Below are positions 21,485 to 31,957 of a stretch of DNA of 55,401 bases, piece after piece. Source of the DNA: an uncultured cyanobacterium. Lineage in GTDB: Bacteria; Cyanobacteriota; Cyanobacteriia; Cyanobacteriales; Cyanobacteriaceae. The stretch covers positions 1-55,401 of the forward strand of contig CAVVOP010000010.1 of the NCBI GenBank assembly GCA_963749915.1, written 5' to 3'. The notes beneath the pieces were generated by a model that ran no database searches, was not told where the DNA came from, and worked only from the letters and a program-made list of their open reading frames with translations. Made by a program: the position numbers and the translations under genes. Each line of letters begins with the position of its first letter. Positions within the stretch are counted from its first letter, which is position 1.

Positions 21485-23218
21485 ATGCGTAAAGTGCTTA
21501 TTTTTATAACTCAATTGTATTCATTCAAATTTAAAGATTCCCCTGCATCATCGGCATTTCGCTCATTTACCATTACCCCCATAGAAAACTATGAAGCGAG
21601 ATTAGCTCTTTATGAACTTAATATTTCCGCCGATTATGATCAATTAGTTTGTTTACCAACTTTAAATCATATTGATAAACATTGGTATCAAATAGAAACA
21701 GCCAAGAAAGTTATTAAACAATTTGGCGGTAGGGCAATGTTAGCCGATGAGGTGGGTTTAGGGAAAACCATTGAAGCTGGTTTAATTTGCTCTGAATATT
21801 TTACCAGAGGTATGATTAAATCGTTATTAGTCTTAACTCCTGCAACTTTGGTTTCTCAATGGCAATCGGAGTTACAAGAAAAATTTAATATTTCTACCAT
21901 TACCACTGACGAAAGAAATAGTACCCCAGAAGAGTTTTGGGTTTTAAATGATTGTATTATTGCTTCTATTAATACTGCTAAACATAAAAGTCATTTTGAA
22001 TATGTGACATCCAGAGAATGGGATTTAGTAATTGTTGACGAAGCCCATCATTTAAAGAATAAAAAAAGTTTAAATTGGCAATTAGTTAATAGTCTGAAAA
22101 AACGTTTTATTTTGATGTTAACGGCTACTCCAGTACAAAATCATTTAGGGGAACTTTTCAACCTTTTAACTTTATTAAAACCAGGTTTATTAAAAACCGA
22201 AACAGAATTTAAAAAGCAATATGTTTCTAGGGATGGAAGAGTGCCAAAAAATCCCGAACAATTAAGAACATTAATGCGAGAAGTAATGATTAGAAATACT
22301 CGTGCAGTAGTAGATGTAAAATTACCCAGTAGATTTGCTAATACTATTACTGTACAACCAACAGCCGAAGAAAAAGACCTATATTTAGCTATTAGTAATT
22401 ATATTCGTCAACATCAATTAGTTAAAGAAAAAGGAATGGATAAATTAACTCTCCATAACTTATTAATGCGTGCAGGAAGTAGCCCAAAAGCATTGATAGA
22501 TTCTTTAAAAAAATTAGATGAAAGATTTGACCATGATGAGTTAAAATTTATCCTTAAAAGGGCATCACAAATCAAACAATGTCAGAAGGCAAAACAGTTA
22601 ATTGATTTATTAAAAAAAGCGACGCAAAAAACTTTAGTATTTATTAATCATCGTGCCACTCAAACTTATCTTTCTAGTAGTTTAGAAAAAGCTGGAATTG
22701 CCCATACTTCTTTTCAAGGTAATATGACATTAAAAGCAAAAGATGCCGCCATTGAGGCTTTTAGAGAAGAAGTGCCAGTGATGTTAGCTTCGGAAACGGG
22801 AGGCGAAGGGAGGAATTTACAGTTTGCCAATGTAATTATTAATTATGATTTGCCTTGGAATCCCATGAAAATTGAGCAAAGAATCGGGCGATTACATCGT
22901 ATTGGGCAAACTCAAGATGTGTTTATTTTTAATTTTTGTATCCTAGGCAGTATTGAAGAATATATCTTAAAAATTCTTCATGATAAAATTAATATGTTTG
23001 AATTAGTAGTAGGAGAAATTGATACTATTTTAGGAAATATGGGGGATGATCTTGATTTTAGTGATACGGTAATGGATTTGTGGCTATCTCATCAAAATGA
23101 ATCAGAATTAGAAAATGTTTTTGATGATTTAGGTAGTAAATTATTAGCCGCTAAACAAGAATATGCCGAAATTAGAGAATATGATGAGCAATTATTTGGG
23201 GAAGATTTTGAAACCTAA
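21485..23218 (+). CDS. SNF2/RapA-like helicase (YqhH-like)
   Basis: LADEVGLGKT, DEAH, TATPVQN, GEGRNLQ and QRIGRLHRIGQ motifs. Confidence 0.9.
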   Translation: MRKVLIFITQLYSFKFKDSPASSAFRSFTITPIENYEARLALYELNISADYDQLVCLPTLNHIDKHWYQIETAKKVIKQFGGRAMLADEVGLGKTIEAGLICSEYFTRGMIKSLLVLTPATLVSQWQSELQEKFNISTITTDERNSTPEEFWVLNDCIIASINTAKHKSHFEYVTSREWDLVIVDEAHHLKNKKSLNWQLVNSLKKRFILMLTATPVQNHLGELFNLLTLLKPGLLKTETEFKKQYVSRDGRVPKNPEQLRTLMREVMIRNTRAVVDVKLPSRFANTITVQPTAEEKDLYLAISNYIRQHQLVKEKGMDKLTLHNLLMRAGSSPKALIDSLKKLDERFDHDELKFILKRASQIKQCQKAKQLIDLLKKATQKTLVFINHRATQTYLSSSLEKAGIAHTSFQGNMTLKAKDAAIEAFREEVPVMLASETGGEGRNLQFANVIINYDLPWNPMKIEQRIGRLHRIGQTQDVFIFNFCILGSIEEYILKILHDKINMFELVVGEIDTILGNMGDDLDFSDTVMDLWLSHQNESELENVFDDLGSKLLAAKQEYAEIREYDEQLFGEDFET

Positions 23219-23247
23219 TTTTATCAATAATTCTAGTAATAATAATA

Positions 23248-24301
23248 TTGGTTTATATGGTAGAAACAAACAGTTTATTAGAGACAATTAATCAAGTTGT
23301 TACTTTAAATGATGGTATTGCTGAATATAGTGATCAACAAATATTAGAAGTACTTTTACCAAAGAAAATAGCAAAAATTTTAGGAGTAGCTGAGGAGGTT
23401 TCTTTTACTACGGTAGCTGATGTTAAAAATAGTTATTTTGTTAGTTATAATTCAGAAATTTTTGAGAGTTTAGAAAGTCTATTACAAGATACGGGTTATC
23501 TAGCAGGTTTAGGAGTTAAATATCATGGACATCTTAAACAATCTGGTTTTGAAAAAATGGTAACGGAAACTTTTTTTCCTCAAAATGGTTTAATTAAGTT
23601 TGTTAAGGCTTATCCAGAAGTTACTCCTTATATTTTGTTTAATGTGGCTTATACTGCTGAAAGTGATGAAACTCGAAAAGGAATAGTCTCTTTTTTTGTC
23701 AATGGAATCACAGGTGTTTCTGGAATTAATATTGGAGATGCTTTATCGTGGAAATCTGATAGAATTGAAATGCCCTCAGAGGAAGAAAAGTTAAGTCTTG
23801 ATTATGAAAAATTATTGAATATTAGTCAGCAAATTGCTTCTGAATATATAGAAGAACAAATTAAACCATGGCGTAATAGTTTAAGTCGAAAATTAAAGCG
23901 GGATTCAGAAAGAATTGAAGATTATTATCAAACTATTATATCGGAAATTATGACAAAAATTAAGAAGAAGAATTTAGAAGGAGATGCACAAAAAAAAAGA
24001 ATTAGATAGAATCAATGCTACTAAAATGGAATTAAAACGTAAGTTGACTGATATTGAACAAAAATATAGTTTAAATATCACTGCTTCTTTACATAGTAGT
24101 TTAATTGTTTGGATAGAAACTGTACATATAGAATGTCAATTGATCAGGAAAAAAAATAAGAGAAATATTATTGCTATTTGGAATCCTTATTCAAAAATAA
24201 TTGAGCCTTTAAGATGCGAAAAATCAAATCTTTCTGTTACTTCTTTTTTTCTATCCGATGATGACAATGTTCAAATTATTTCTTCTCAAAAGCTGAAATG
24301 A
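23248..24301 (+). pseudogene. YqhG-like partner protein, split by a frameshift in the A-run at about 23990
   Basis: ORFs 23248-24009 and 23984-24301 overlap at a poly-A tract; coiled-coil RIEDYY segment; typical position after a YqhH-like helicase. Confidence 0.55.
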
Positions 24302-24400
24302 CGTAAATTGGTTAGCAGGCGATCACGAAGTGGCGCTGCGCGATCGAAAATGATATGGGTAAAAGACAGAGACATTAAAAATTTAATTGAGAAGAACTGT

Positions 24401-24449
24401 TTGTCACTTGCCCCTCGTTGCAAGAACCTTCTATTTTCGCCGACTCATA
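24401..24449 (-). repeat. 49-bp repeat, inverted copy of 13812-13860
   Basis: TTGTCACTTGCCCCTCGTTGCAAGAACCTTCTATTTTCGCCGACTCATA. Confidence 0.85.
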
Positions 24450-24469
24450 GGTTATTCTTCTTATGTCAT

Positions 24470-24802
24470 CTATCTAATTGCAACATCAATTAAAGGTTCT
24501 CCTGTATGATGAGGGGTAATCTGAATCATTATTTTTTGTTCTAGTTTATTCAAAAAACTAAACAAACGACTTTCGGAAAATAGATGATATTTCCCTTTCA
24601 TTAAATTAGAAACTTCTGGTTGTTTAATATTGAGTAAATTAGCTATTTCTTGTTGTTTTAAATTACGATTTTCTAACATCTTCCGGACAGCAAAACCGAG
24701 TTTAGCACGAGTCAGAAGTTCATCTCCATCATCTAAATCCATATCAGCAAAAACATTACCACTACTTTGTGTAAATTCAAAGGACATGATTTCTTCAGTC
24801 AT
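24470..24802 (-). CDS. HigA-like XRE HTH antitoxin
   Basis: SSGNVFADM; LKQQEIANLLNIKQPEVSNLMKGK. Confidence 0.87.
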   Translation of the reverse strand: MTEEIMSFEFTQSSGNVFADMDLDDGDELLTRAKLGFAVRKMLENRNLKQQEIANLLNIKQPEVSNLMKGKYHLFSESRLFSFLNKLEQKIMIQITPHHTGEPLIDVAIR

Positions 24803-25164
24803 TGATTTTTCTCCTTAGATTTTTCTAATGCTTGTTTGTACCGTTTTTTAATTAAATCCACATCTTTTTGGGCAGTTTTAATTCCTTTCGGTGATTTTTT
24901 AACAAAAGCATGAAGAACATAAATACAGTCGCCGATTTGTACAGCATAAACTGTTCTGTAAGTATCAGAATCGAATCTGGTTACAATTTCAAACACTCCA
25001 CTGCCAACTCCCTTAAAAGGTTTGGCATCAGATGGCTTGTCTCTACACTGCGCATCATACAGAGATGAACCAATTTCACGGCGAACAAAATCAGGAAATT
25101 TTTTAACTTGTTCGAGACTATCTCCCATCCAAATAACTGATTTAATTTCACTGGTTTCTGACAA
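24799..25164 (-). CDS. RelE/HigB (Gp49-like) toxin
   Basis: KPFKGVGSGVFEI...YRTVY...YVLHAFVKKS; toxin-first gene order. Confidence 0.88.
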   Translation of the reverse strand: MSETSEIKSVIWMGDSLEQVKKFPDFVRREIGSSLYDAQCRDKPSDAKPFKGVGSGVFEIVTRFDSDTYRTVYAVQIGDCIYVLHAFVKKSPKGIKTAQKDVDLIKKRYKQALEKSKEKNQ

Positions 25165-25349
25165 CTTGCTTCTCCAGATTATAAGTAATTACTTATAATC
25201 TTAACCTATTTCAGTAAGCGAGCGATCGCTATTCAAGTAACAATATATTTTCTATTAAACCTTAATCTAGGTCAAAGCTCGCCTTCTAGCCTTCTCGTCT
25301 TCCGCTTCGCATATTCCGGTTCGTTACAAGTAATAAATAGTTTTTGCCA

Positions 25350-25420
25350 AGTATTTTACTTAGTATTTTACTTAGTATTTTACTTAGTATTTTACTTAGT
25401 ATTTTACTTAGTATTTTACT
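25350..25420. repeat. 12-bp tandem repeat (AGTATTTTACTT) x6
   Basis: Directly visible; each unit is a quasi-palindrome, AGTA-N3-TACT. Confidence 0.92.
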
Positions 25421-25445
25421 AGGGCTATTTAAAGCCCCATATAGT

Positions 25446-28382
25446 TTATCTAATTGATAGATAAGTTGATTTTTCTCCTAGTTCTGCATACTTTAAGGCT
25501 TCTGCATCACCATTAATTACTGCTTCTTTAAGTGCCTTTTTATCTACTTCTATTGTTACCTTCTGGTATTGTTGAGGATAGCTTTTAGCATCTTCTCTGA
25601 GTAAATGTAAGGGAGCTATACTAGCTTTTCTGATGGATACATTAAACTTATTTGTTCTGAACTTAGTTTTACCTATTTTCTCTAAATGTTGTTTAAGATA
25701 TTCTTGTAACCAGTCAATAGTTTTCTCATCCTTTTTAATTAATTTGTTCAGTCTTTCTGCCTCTGCTTTTCTCATTTCCAACCATCTTTTTCTCGACTGT
25801 ATTAAGCATAAAATTGAATCAATTTTATCAATAAATTTATCATTTGTTTCTTCTGCTTCTGCTAATAATTTTAAGTATTCCAAGATTAAAGTAGGAGTAG
25901 CTGTCACCAGCTAAACCTCTCTTCAGAACGGTACGTGAGACTTTCACCGTCATACAGCTCCTCTCAAATATGTCCTTTGTCATAGGTACAAATCAACTGC
26001 CTTTGGTACTTCCATCACTTGCAGTTTTTGTGTCATGACAATGTCGATGTAGATACTTGTAGATTATTATATTCATCTTTGCCCCCTAATGATTTGGGGA
26101 TAACATGGTCGATTTCTACTAAGTCACCATCCTTTAAATATAGTCCACAGTGATTACATTTACCCTTCTGTCTCTTGAGTAATGTTGCCATTCTCGTTGA
26201 TAATTCTGGGTGCTTTCCTAACCTTGCTGACCAGTACAACATATCTCCATCGAAAAGGCTTTTATTCCCTTTGACTTTGACGTGTCTTACAATGGGTGTG
26301 TCTGAGTGTCTAAGAAGTTTTGTGCTATCTGTACTAAAACACCAATTTCTCATTATGACCTTTGAGTAATCGGTGTGCCAGTATTTCTGAGCTACCCAAG
26401 AGTTTGATTTCTTAGGATGTCTTCTTTCAGCCCATCTTTTTAATTGTTGATATAAAATATTGTCACAATAGTTGTATGTTTCTTTGCTACAGACAGTGCT
26501 GTAATAATTACTCCATCCTCTGATGATTGGATTTAATTTGGAAATTAAAGCCTCTTGAGATACACTTCTGTGACTTCTTATAATATCGCCAATCTTTTTG
26601 ATGTGGGCTTTTACTTTACTTTTTGAGGGTTTTATGATAGTTTTAAATCCAAGTTGATTTCCGTGTGCGGATTTTCCACTTTGATATTTCCCAACGGGAT
26701 ATTGTCTGATGTTAAATCCTAGGAAGTCAAAGTCAAATTCTAAATTTCCTTCATGCTCATTGAGTGTATGGGAAATTTTGGTTTTGCTCGGTTTTAATTC
26801 TAGCCCTACTTCTTTTAACCAGTTTTCAATAATTAATTTACATTGTAGGATTATTTCTAAGTCTTTGTGCAGGATAACAAAATCGTCTGCATATCTTATA
26901 AGACTGAGGTTATCCTCATTCTCTTTTTTCCTACCTTTGAGAGTTCTGGCAAATTTCTTGACTTCTAATTCCATACCGTGTAAGGCTATATTTGCCAGCA
27001 ACGGAGATATAACTCCTCCTTGTGGCGTGCCTTTGTCAGTAGTAATTAGGTCTTTGTTTTCCATTACTCCACTCTTTAGCCAAGCCTTGACCTGTCTGTT
27101 TAGTTGGGGGTAAGAATTGAGTTTTGTAAGTAGTTTATTGTGATTGATATTGTCAAAACATCCTGCTATGTCCGCATCAAGTACATATTTAGGTACATAT
27201 CTGATTGCGTTAAATATAGCTCCAATGGCATCGTGACATGACCTTGCTGGTCTAAATCCGTAGGAATTGTCCTCGAAAGTTGATTCCCATTCCGGTTCTA
27301 ATCCTAGTTTGACGAGGGCTTGTAAGGCTCTATCTTTTATGGTAGGTATTCCTAGACCTCGCTTCTCATCATTTGCTTTTGGTATGAAAACTCGGCGTAA
27401 TGGCTTTGCTTTTCTACCTATGCTTAGGTTATTAACAAGTTCAAGTCTTTGATTGGGTGTGAGTGACTTTTTACCATCAACCCCTGCCGTTTTCTTGCCT
27501 TGATTATCTTGGGTCACACGTCTGGTTGCCCAGAGTTTTCCATAATAGGATTTGGTTAGTAATCGCTGTAAACTGTGAACCAATTTGACATCGCCACTTT
27601 GACTTGCTCTGAATATTCTTGTTTGTAACTTAAACGTTGCAATCTCTACGATTTTCCAATCGATTTGATTCCAAGCGTTCCATTTATACTTTACGTTCAT
27701 AACATTTGAATTACTACTAAAAACTATTCAATACATATCTAAGTGTGTACGTCAGCATATCCTTTTCATTACAAAAAGGCATTGGCTTTTTACACAATCT
27801 CTCCTCTTTGGGGCTTACGCTGGTTACTACTTGAGGTTTTCGACCTCCTCAAGAGCCGTTCTGAGGTTATTTCGTTCCTGTCTTCCGTATTTTCTGACTT
27901 TAGATTCTTACTCTCCACCGAGCTCTATATTGATGTTCCCAGTTCAAATCTACAAATTTGCTGGTATGTTAGAGTGTTGCCTTTTGGCTATAGCTTATCA
28001 GCCTTATTTAGCTATTTCTGCTTCACGATGGTTATAACGTAAGTTCCTTGCGTAATCATAATCAGAATTGCTAGATGTGTACCACTTTAGGCTAGTAGTA
28101 GGAACACCATTTAACCCTGCGTTAGCCTATGAGTTACCACCTCAATTGACTAAGGGTTATGCTGTCAACCCAACATCTGGGCGGATGGTTTTGCACCACC
28201 ACGAAAAACAAGTTGTCAAGGTACATATCTGTAAACCTTGCCTAGCTTACGTTTCAGTCAAGGGACTTAGACTTTGGCTAGAACGAATCGCACTGTACAT
28301 CAGCAGGTATATCTACACCCTCCAGATTCTCTATAGTGTCCTCTAATTCCTGTAATTTACTGGTTAATTCATATAGTTTCAT
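25446..28382 (-). CDS. Siphovirus Gp157-family protein, two exons (28382-28294 and 25884-25446)
   Basis: Splicing gives MKLYELTSKLQELEDTIENLEGVDIPADVH-LEYLKLL...KAEAERL...DKKALKEA...YLSIR, 175 aa in frame, with an AGGAG RBS upstream. Confidence 0.82.
25885..28293 (-). mobile_element. Group II intron
   Basis: 5' GTGCGATTCGTT at 28293; domain V GAGCTGTATGACGGTGAAAGTCTCACGTACCGTTC at 25960-25926; domain VI ends ...TTTAAT at 25885. Confidence 0.92.
26033..27700 (-). CDS. ltrA: Group II intron RT/maturase; the HNH tail is frameshifted
   Basis: TAGVDG, PQGGVISPLLANI, YADD, GWSNYY and C..CG...DHVIPK motifs. LHRHCHD lies in another frame at about 26055. Confidence 0.94.
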   Translation of the reverse strand: MNVKYKWNAWNQIDWKIVEIATFKLQTRIFRASQSGDVKLVHSLQRLLTKSYYGKLWATRRVTQDNQGKKTAGVDGKKSLTPNQRLELVNNLSIGRKAKPLRRVFIPKANDEKRGLGIPTIKDRALQALVKLGLEPEWESTFEDNSYGFRPARSCHDAIGAIFNAIRYVPKYVLDADIAGCFDNINHNKLLTKLNSYPQLNRQVKAWLKSGVMENKDLITTDKGTPQGGVISPLLANIALHGMELEVKKFARTLKGRKKENEDNLSLIRYADDFVILHKDLEIILQCKLIIENWLKEVGLELKPSKTKISHTLNEHEGNLEFDFDFLGFNIRQYPVGKYQSGKSAHGNQLGFKTIIKPSKSKVKAHIKKIGDIIRSHRSVSQEALISKLNPIIRGWSNYYSTVCSKETYNYCDNILYQQLKRWAERRHPKKSNSWVAQKYWHTDYSKVIMRNWCFSTDSTKLLRHSDTPIVRHVKVKGNKSLFDGDMLYWSARLGKHPELSTRMATLLKRQKGKCNHCGLYLKDGDLVEIDHVIPKSLGGKDEYNNLQVSTSTLS

Positions 28383-28413
28383 GGTTTTTCTCCTTAATTT
28401 AATGATAATGATG

Positions 28414-28888
28414 GGGAGTGGGGAGTAGGGAGTGGGGAGTAGTGTTAGAGTTTTTCTTTAAGTTTGTTGGTAAGACTAATCAACATTCTGGTAATGCTTA
28501 ATAATTCTTGGTTAATCTCTCTGATAGATTCAACCGTTAAGTAACCAATTCTCTGAGCAATAATTAATTGAGTCTCCAATTCATTACAGCTTCCCTGAGC
28601 TATGTTTAAGAATCTGATATATTCAGCTGTGCTTCTGCGTCCGTAACCTTCAGCTATATTACTACTGATACTTACAGAGCATCGGCGTATCTGACTGGTT
28701 AAACCATAGATTTCTTCTTTGGGAAATGATTTAGTTAATCTGTAACATTGTTCAGCAACATCAATTCCTTTTTGCCAGACTATTAAATCTTTGTAATTAG
28801 TTATTTCATTCATTTTATTTTCTCCTAGAAAGAATAACGGTACGGTAATGGGTTTATCACTACTCCCTACTCCCTACTCCCTACTCCC
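28414..28888. repeat. Inverted (GGGAGTA)n arrays enclosing a four-helix-bundle gene
   Basis: 28414-28444 is the near-perfect reverse complement of 28858-28888. Confidence 0.88.
28445..28813 (-). CDS. Four-helix-bundle protein
   Basis: YKDLIVWQK, FPKEEIYGLTSQIRR, SNIAEGYGR and IAQGSCNELETQ motifs. Confidence 0.92.
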   Translation of the reverse strand: MNEITNYKDLIVWQKGIDVAEQCYRLTKSFPKEEIYGLTSQIRRCSVSISSNIAEGYGRRSTAEYIRFLNIAQGSCNELETQLIIAQRIGYLTVESIREINQELLSITRMLISLTNKLKEKL

Positions 28889-29231
28889 TATTTACCTCCT
28901 TTTTTATTGCTTTTAACTTCTACTTTAGACTTAGGAGATTCTACTTGATTAGCATAGACAAATAGCTTACTTTTTTTCTCTCCTTCTTCTGTTTCCCATG
29001 AATTTTGTTCAATTTTTCCTGATACTATTACATAACTTCCTGAGTGCAAATAATTATTAACAAACATTGCTTGATTTCCCCAACATTCTACAGGTATCCA
29101 TGAGGTTTTTTCCTCTCCTTTTATCACTGTATTTACCGCTATACTGAAAAGCTAACTTTTGTTGAGTTCTCATAAACATTCATGGTAGGTTCTGCACCTA
29201 TATAACCAGCTATTGTTACTGTATTTATCAT
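28888..29231 (-). pseudogene. ssb: Single-stranded DNA-binding protein (frameshift at about 29150)
   Basis: MINTVTIAGYIGAEP, then shifted-frame FSIAVN...TSWIPVECWG.QA......GS.V.VSGKI....W. Confidence 0.85.
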
Positions 29232-29425
29232 TACTATTGTTTCCTTTTTTCTAGTTGTTATACATAACTTTAGGTTTCTATCAAGGCTTTTCTCTCTCTC
29301 TTGATTTCCTTTTCGTTATTTCCCTATTATATCCAATATTTCTAATAATAACAAGGATTTTATCATTAATTACTATATAATAGCATGTTATAATAAAGAA
29401 AAAATATAAAAAGAAGAAGGTATTT

Positions 29426-29938
29426 ATGCAGAATAAATCAGAGATTCAGGTAATAAATGAAGGAAGAGTAAATGTCCCCCTAAAGTTTAATTTACTGGAA
29501 GATGAAGACATCGAACAAGCTAGGATTGTTTTCTCGACAATGCGTACTTATATTAAACGTTATTTAGTAGAAAAAATAGATTATGGTACTATCCCTTATT
29601 GTGGGAATAAAGAGGTTTTATTTAAAGCTGGTGCAGAAAAGCTCCTTCGTCTTTTTCGTTTACGTCCTACATTTGATTTAATTGATAAAATCGTAGATTA
29701 TGAGCAAAATTTATTTCATTATCATTATCGTTGTTCTCTTTATCGTTTTGGGGAATTGGTAGGGCAATGTGACGGATTAGCTAACAGTAAAGAAAAGAAA
29801 TTTATTAAACAGATTAATAATAAAGATTATAGTGTTATTAATACTTTATGTAAGATGTCACAAAAAAGATCTATGGTTGGTGCTGTACTCATTGTTTGTG
29901 GTGCGTCTGAGTACTTCAGTCAAGATTTAGAGGATTAG
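29426..29938 (+). CDS. Phage/plasmid protein, possible single-strand annealing protein
   Basis: DYGTIP..G.K.VLFKAGAEKL...G.ANS.E...NT..KM.QKR..VGAVL.....SE.FSQDLED motif; divergent from ssb. Function is inferred. Confidence 0.5.
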   Translation: MQNKSEIQVINEGRVNVPLKFNLLEDEDIEQARIVFSTMRTYIKRYLVEKIDYGTIPYCGNKEVLFKAGAEKLLRLFRLRPTFDLIDKIVDYEQNLFHYHYRCSLYRFGELVGQCDGLANSKEKKFIKQINNKDYSVINTLCKMSQKRSMVGAVLIVCGASEYFSQDLED

Positions 29939-29951
29939 TTCCGATTATAAT

Positions 29952-29974
29952 AAAAGGGGTTAATCCCCCTTTTT
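29952..29974. terminator. Probable bidirectional intrinsic terminator
   Basis: AAAAGGGGTTAATCCCCCTTTT just after the 29938 stop. Confidence 0.55.
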
Positions 29975-30092
29975 ACAAAAAACTAGAAAAAAGGTTAGCT
30001 TTTATGCTTTTCTTTTTATATTTTTATGATACCATTCTCGACTGCTATTCCTTGTCTTTTGTTATAATTTATATATTATTAATAGTATTATT

Positions 30093-30464
30093 ATGAGTAT
30101 CCGTAAATCTAGTAAAATTTTTCCTGATCAATATAAAGAACGGGCGATCGCTAATGGGATTTCGATTCAAACAGTTTATGCTCGATTACAGAGAGGATGG
30201 GATTTAGAGAAAGCGGTAACAAAAAAACCGGTAACAAATACTTATGCTCATAAGGCACATCGGGAGGATGGATGGATGACAGCCTCAGAACGTCCCCGTT
30301 TAAAACAATGTTTTTCTACCAGTATTTATCAAGATTTAGAACCTATATTTAATAAAGCTCTGGAAGAAAGTGGATTATCAAGAAGTGAATTTATAGCAAA
30401 TGCAATTGAACAATATTTATTAAAATTATGGACTCCAAAGAAAAATCTCAGCAAAATAAAATAA
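30093..30464 (+). CDS. Hypothetical DNA-binding protein (HTH + RHH-like)
   Basis: A..NGIS..TVYARL.RGW..EKA; GLSRSEFIANAIEQYL. Confidence 0.55.
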   Translation: MSIRKSSKIFPDQYKERAIANGISIQTVYARLQRGWDLEKAVTKKPVTNTYAHKAHREDGWMTASERPRLKQCFSTSIYQDLEPIFNKALEESGLSRSEFIANAIEQYLLKLWTPKKNLSKIK

Positions 30465-30768
30465 TTACAGTGGATTTCTCGAATAGGGAAACAGGGAATG
30501 TAGAGATTTACACAGAACAACCTAAGATTATTAATCACCCAATAATTAGAGAAAGACGGAAAAGATTAGGATTAAAGCTAAAAATTAATAAACAATGGTT
30601 TTAGGTTTGGGCGAAAAGCCCTTTTTTTCTGACTCTTATCTAGGAAAGGTGTTAGGATTTATGGTTTTTGTTTACCGTCATTAAAAACCGCTTCGCTAAG
30701 GACTTTTCCATAGAACTAGGCATACAAGGGAACAGGGAACGGGCAACGGTTTCCATTCCCTATTCCTT

Positions 30769-31329
30769 TTACATTCCTCGATGGGCTTCGTAACTAGCCA
30801 CTTCTCGATCTAATCGTTCGTATTCTTCGATGTAATCAAATTCACCATTAATTAAATGGTAATAGTCTTGTTGTTCCTGATGTTCCTGATATTGACGGTT
30901 AATTTTTTCTTCTTCGGTGAACTCTAGGTATTCCTCAAAGCTATTGAATCCTAGATAAGATAAAAGGGCATAACCGTGTTTGCATAAGGCTTTCTCCCCT
31001 TCAAAGACTATCCATTGATTGCCATAATCTGGACAGGTGCAATCAATAAAGCAATCATTAGGGGTTAAGGTGTATTCCGTTCCTTTGATGGTGTTTTTAG
31101 CAGTGTAGGTATTATCTTGATTATCGATAATCTCAATGTCACTGCTACGGGCTGCACGATCGCTTCCCATCAATTTTTTAACTTCTTCTGCCGTTACCTT
31201 AATTTGTTCTCCTGTTTTTAGGGTAACTGTGCAATATTTGTTACTGCTAACCTTGATCATCTTTATATCTTTGCGATCAATCCATGCAACCTTTTCTATG
31301 TTGCTGAAATTAAATAATATATGTGACAT
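30769..31329 (-). CDS. SWIM zinc-finger protein
   Basis: CTCPD...LCKH motif. Confidence 0.75.
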   Translation of the reverse strand: MSHILFNFSNIEKVAWIDRKDIKMIKVSSNKYCTVTLKTGEQIKVTAEEVKKLMGSDRAARSSDIEIIDNQDNTYTAKNTIKGTEYTLTPNDCFIDCTCPDYGNQWIVFEGEKALCKHGYALLSYLGFNSFEEYLEFTEEEKINRQYQEHQEQQDYYHLINGEFDYIEEYERLDREVASYEAHRGM

Positions 31330-31729
31330 GACGCTATCCTTTTTCTAGTTTATACACTTATTATAGCACATATTCCCAATAATTAATTATAAAATCTCAC
31401 TAATTATTAGGAATATTTGTTATAATAGATATAACAAAACTAGAAAAAAGGAAAAAAATGTTTTACTTAACTTCTTAAAGACAATGAGGAAAATTTAGAC
31501 AGTTGTTTTATCAGATTTGGAACACGCTTTAGTTATCCTTGATGAGGTTTCGGATAAGTTTCGTTCCACTCCTTCAGAATTAGCACGAATTGAAGGGGAT
31601 TTATTACGATTAATCGAATCTATTGATTGTGAGATTCAAGATAATGAATTTCAAGGTCTGGGTAACGTCGCTTAATTTATTCGGGGGGGCTTCGGCTCTC
31701 CTTTTTTCCCCTGATTCACCATCGAGATT

Positions 31730-31957
31730 ATGAAACTAAGAGATTTTTTAAGAAATAATCCAGATCTACAATTTGCTTATTTTCCCCATTCCCGCCAAAA
31801 AGAGTTTAATCAAAAGATATTAATTCGTTTTGACAATAAAGATAAGACAAACAGAGACAAAGAACTTTCAACACTTCTAAGGAATTTAAAACTTCCGTAT
31901 TATATTCGTTCTTTAAATTCTTGTTTCTTCTTTGTAATTTTGCCTAACTTTTATTAA
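31730..31957 (+). CDS. Hypothetical protein
   Basis: 75-aa ATG-started ORF with AT-rich codon usage; no recognised motif. Confidence 0.4.
   Translation: MKLRDFLRNNPDLQFAYFPHSRQKEFNQKILIRFDNKDKTNRDKELSTLLRNLKLPYYIRSLNSCFFFVILPNFY

Noticed and set aside
13812..24449. Tn7/CAST ends (TGT...ACA) linked to the mini-CRISPR
   Set aside because: No tnsABC, tniQ or cas genes, and no repeated TnsB-site arrays.
27743..28346. Plus-strand ORFs 27743, 27831 and 28068
   Set aside because: Antisense to the intron RNA domains and exon 1.
26033..28813. RT next to an Avd-like four-helix gene as a diversity-generating retroelement
   Set aside because: The RT has YADD, maturase and HNH domains and lies within clear group II intron boundaries. 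No TR/VR pair with adenine-specific mismatches was seen.
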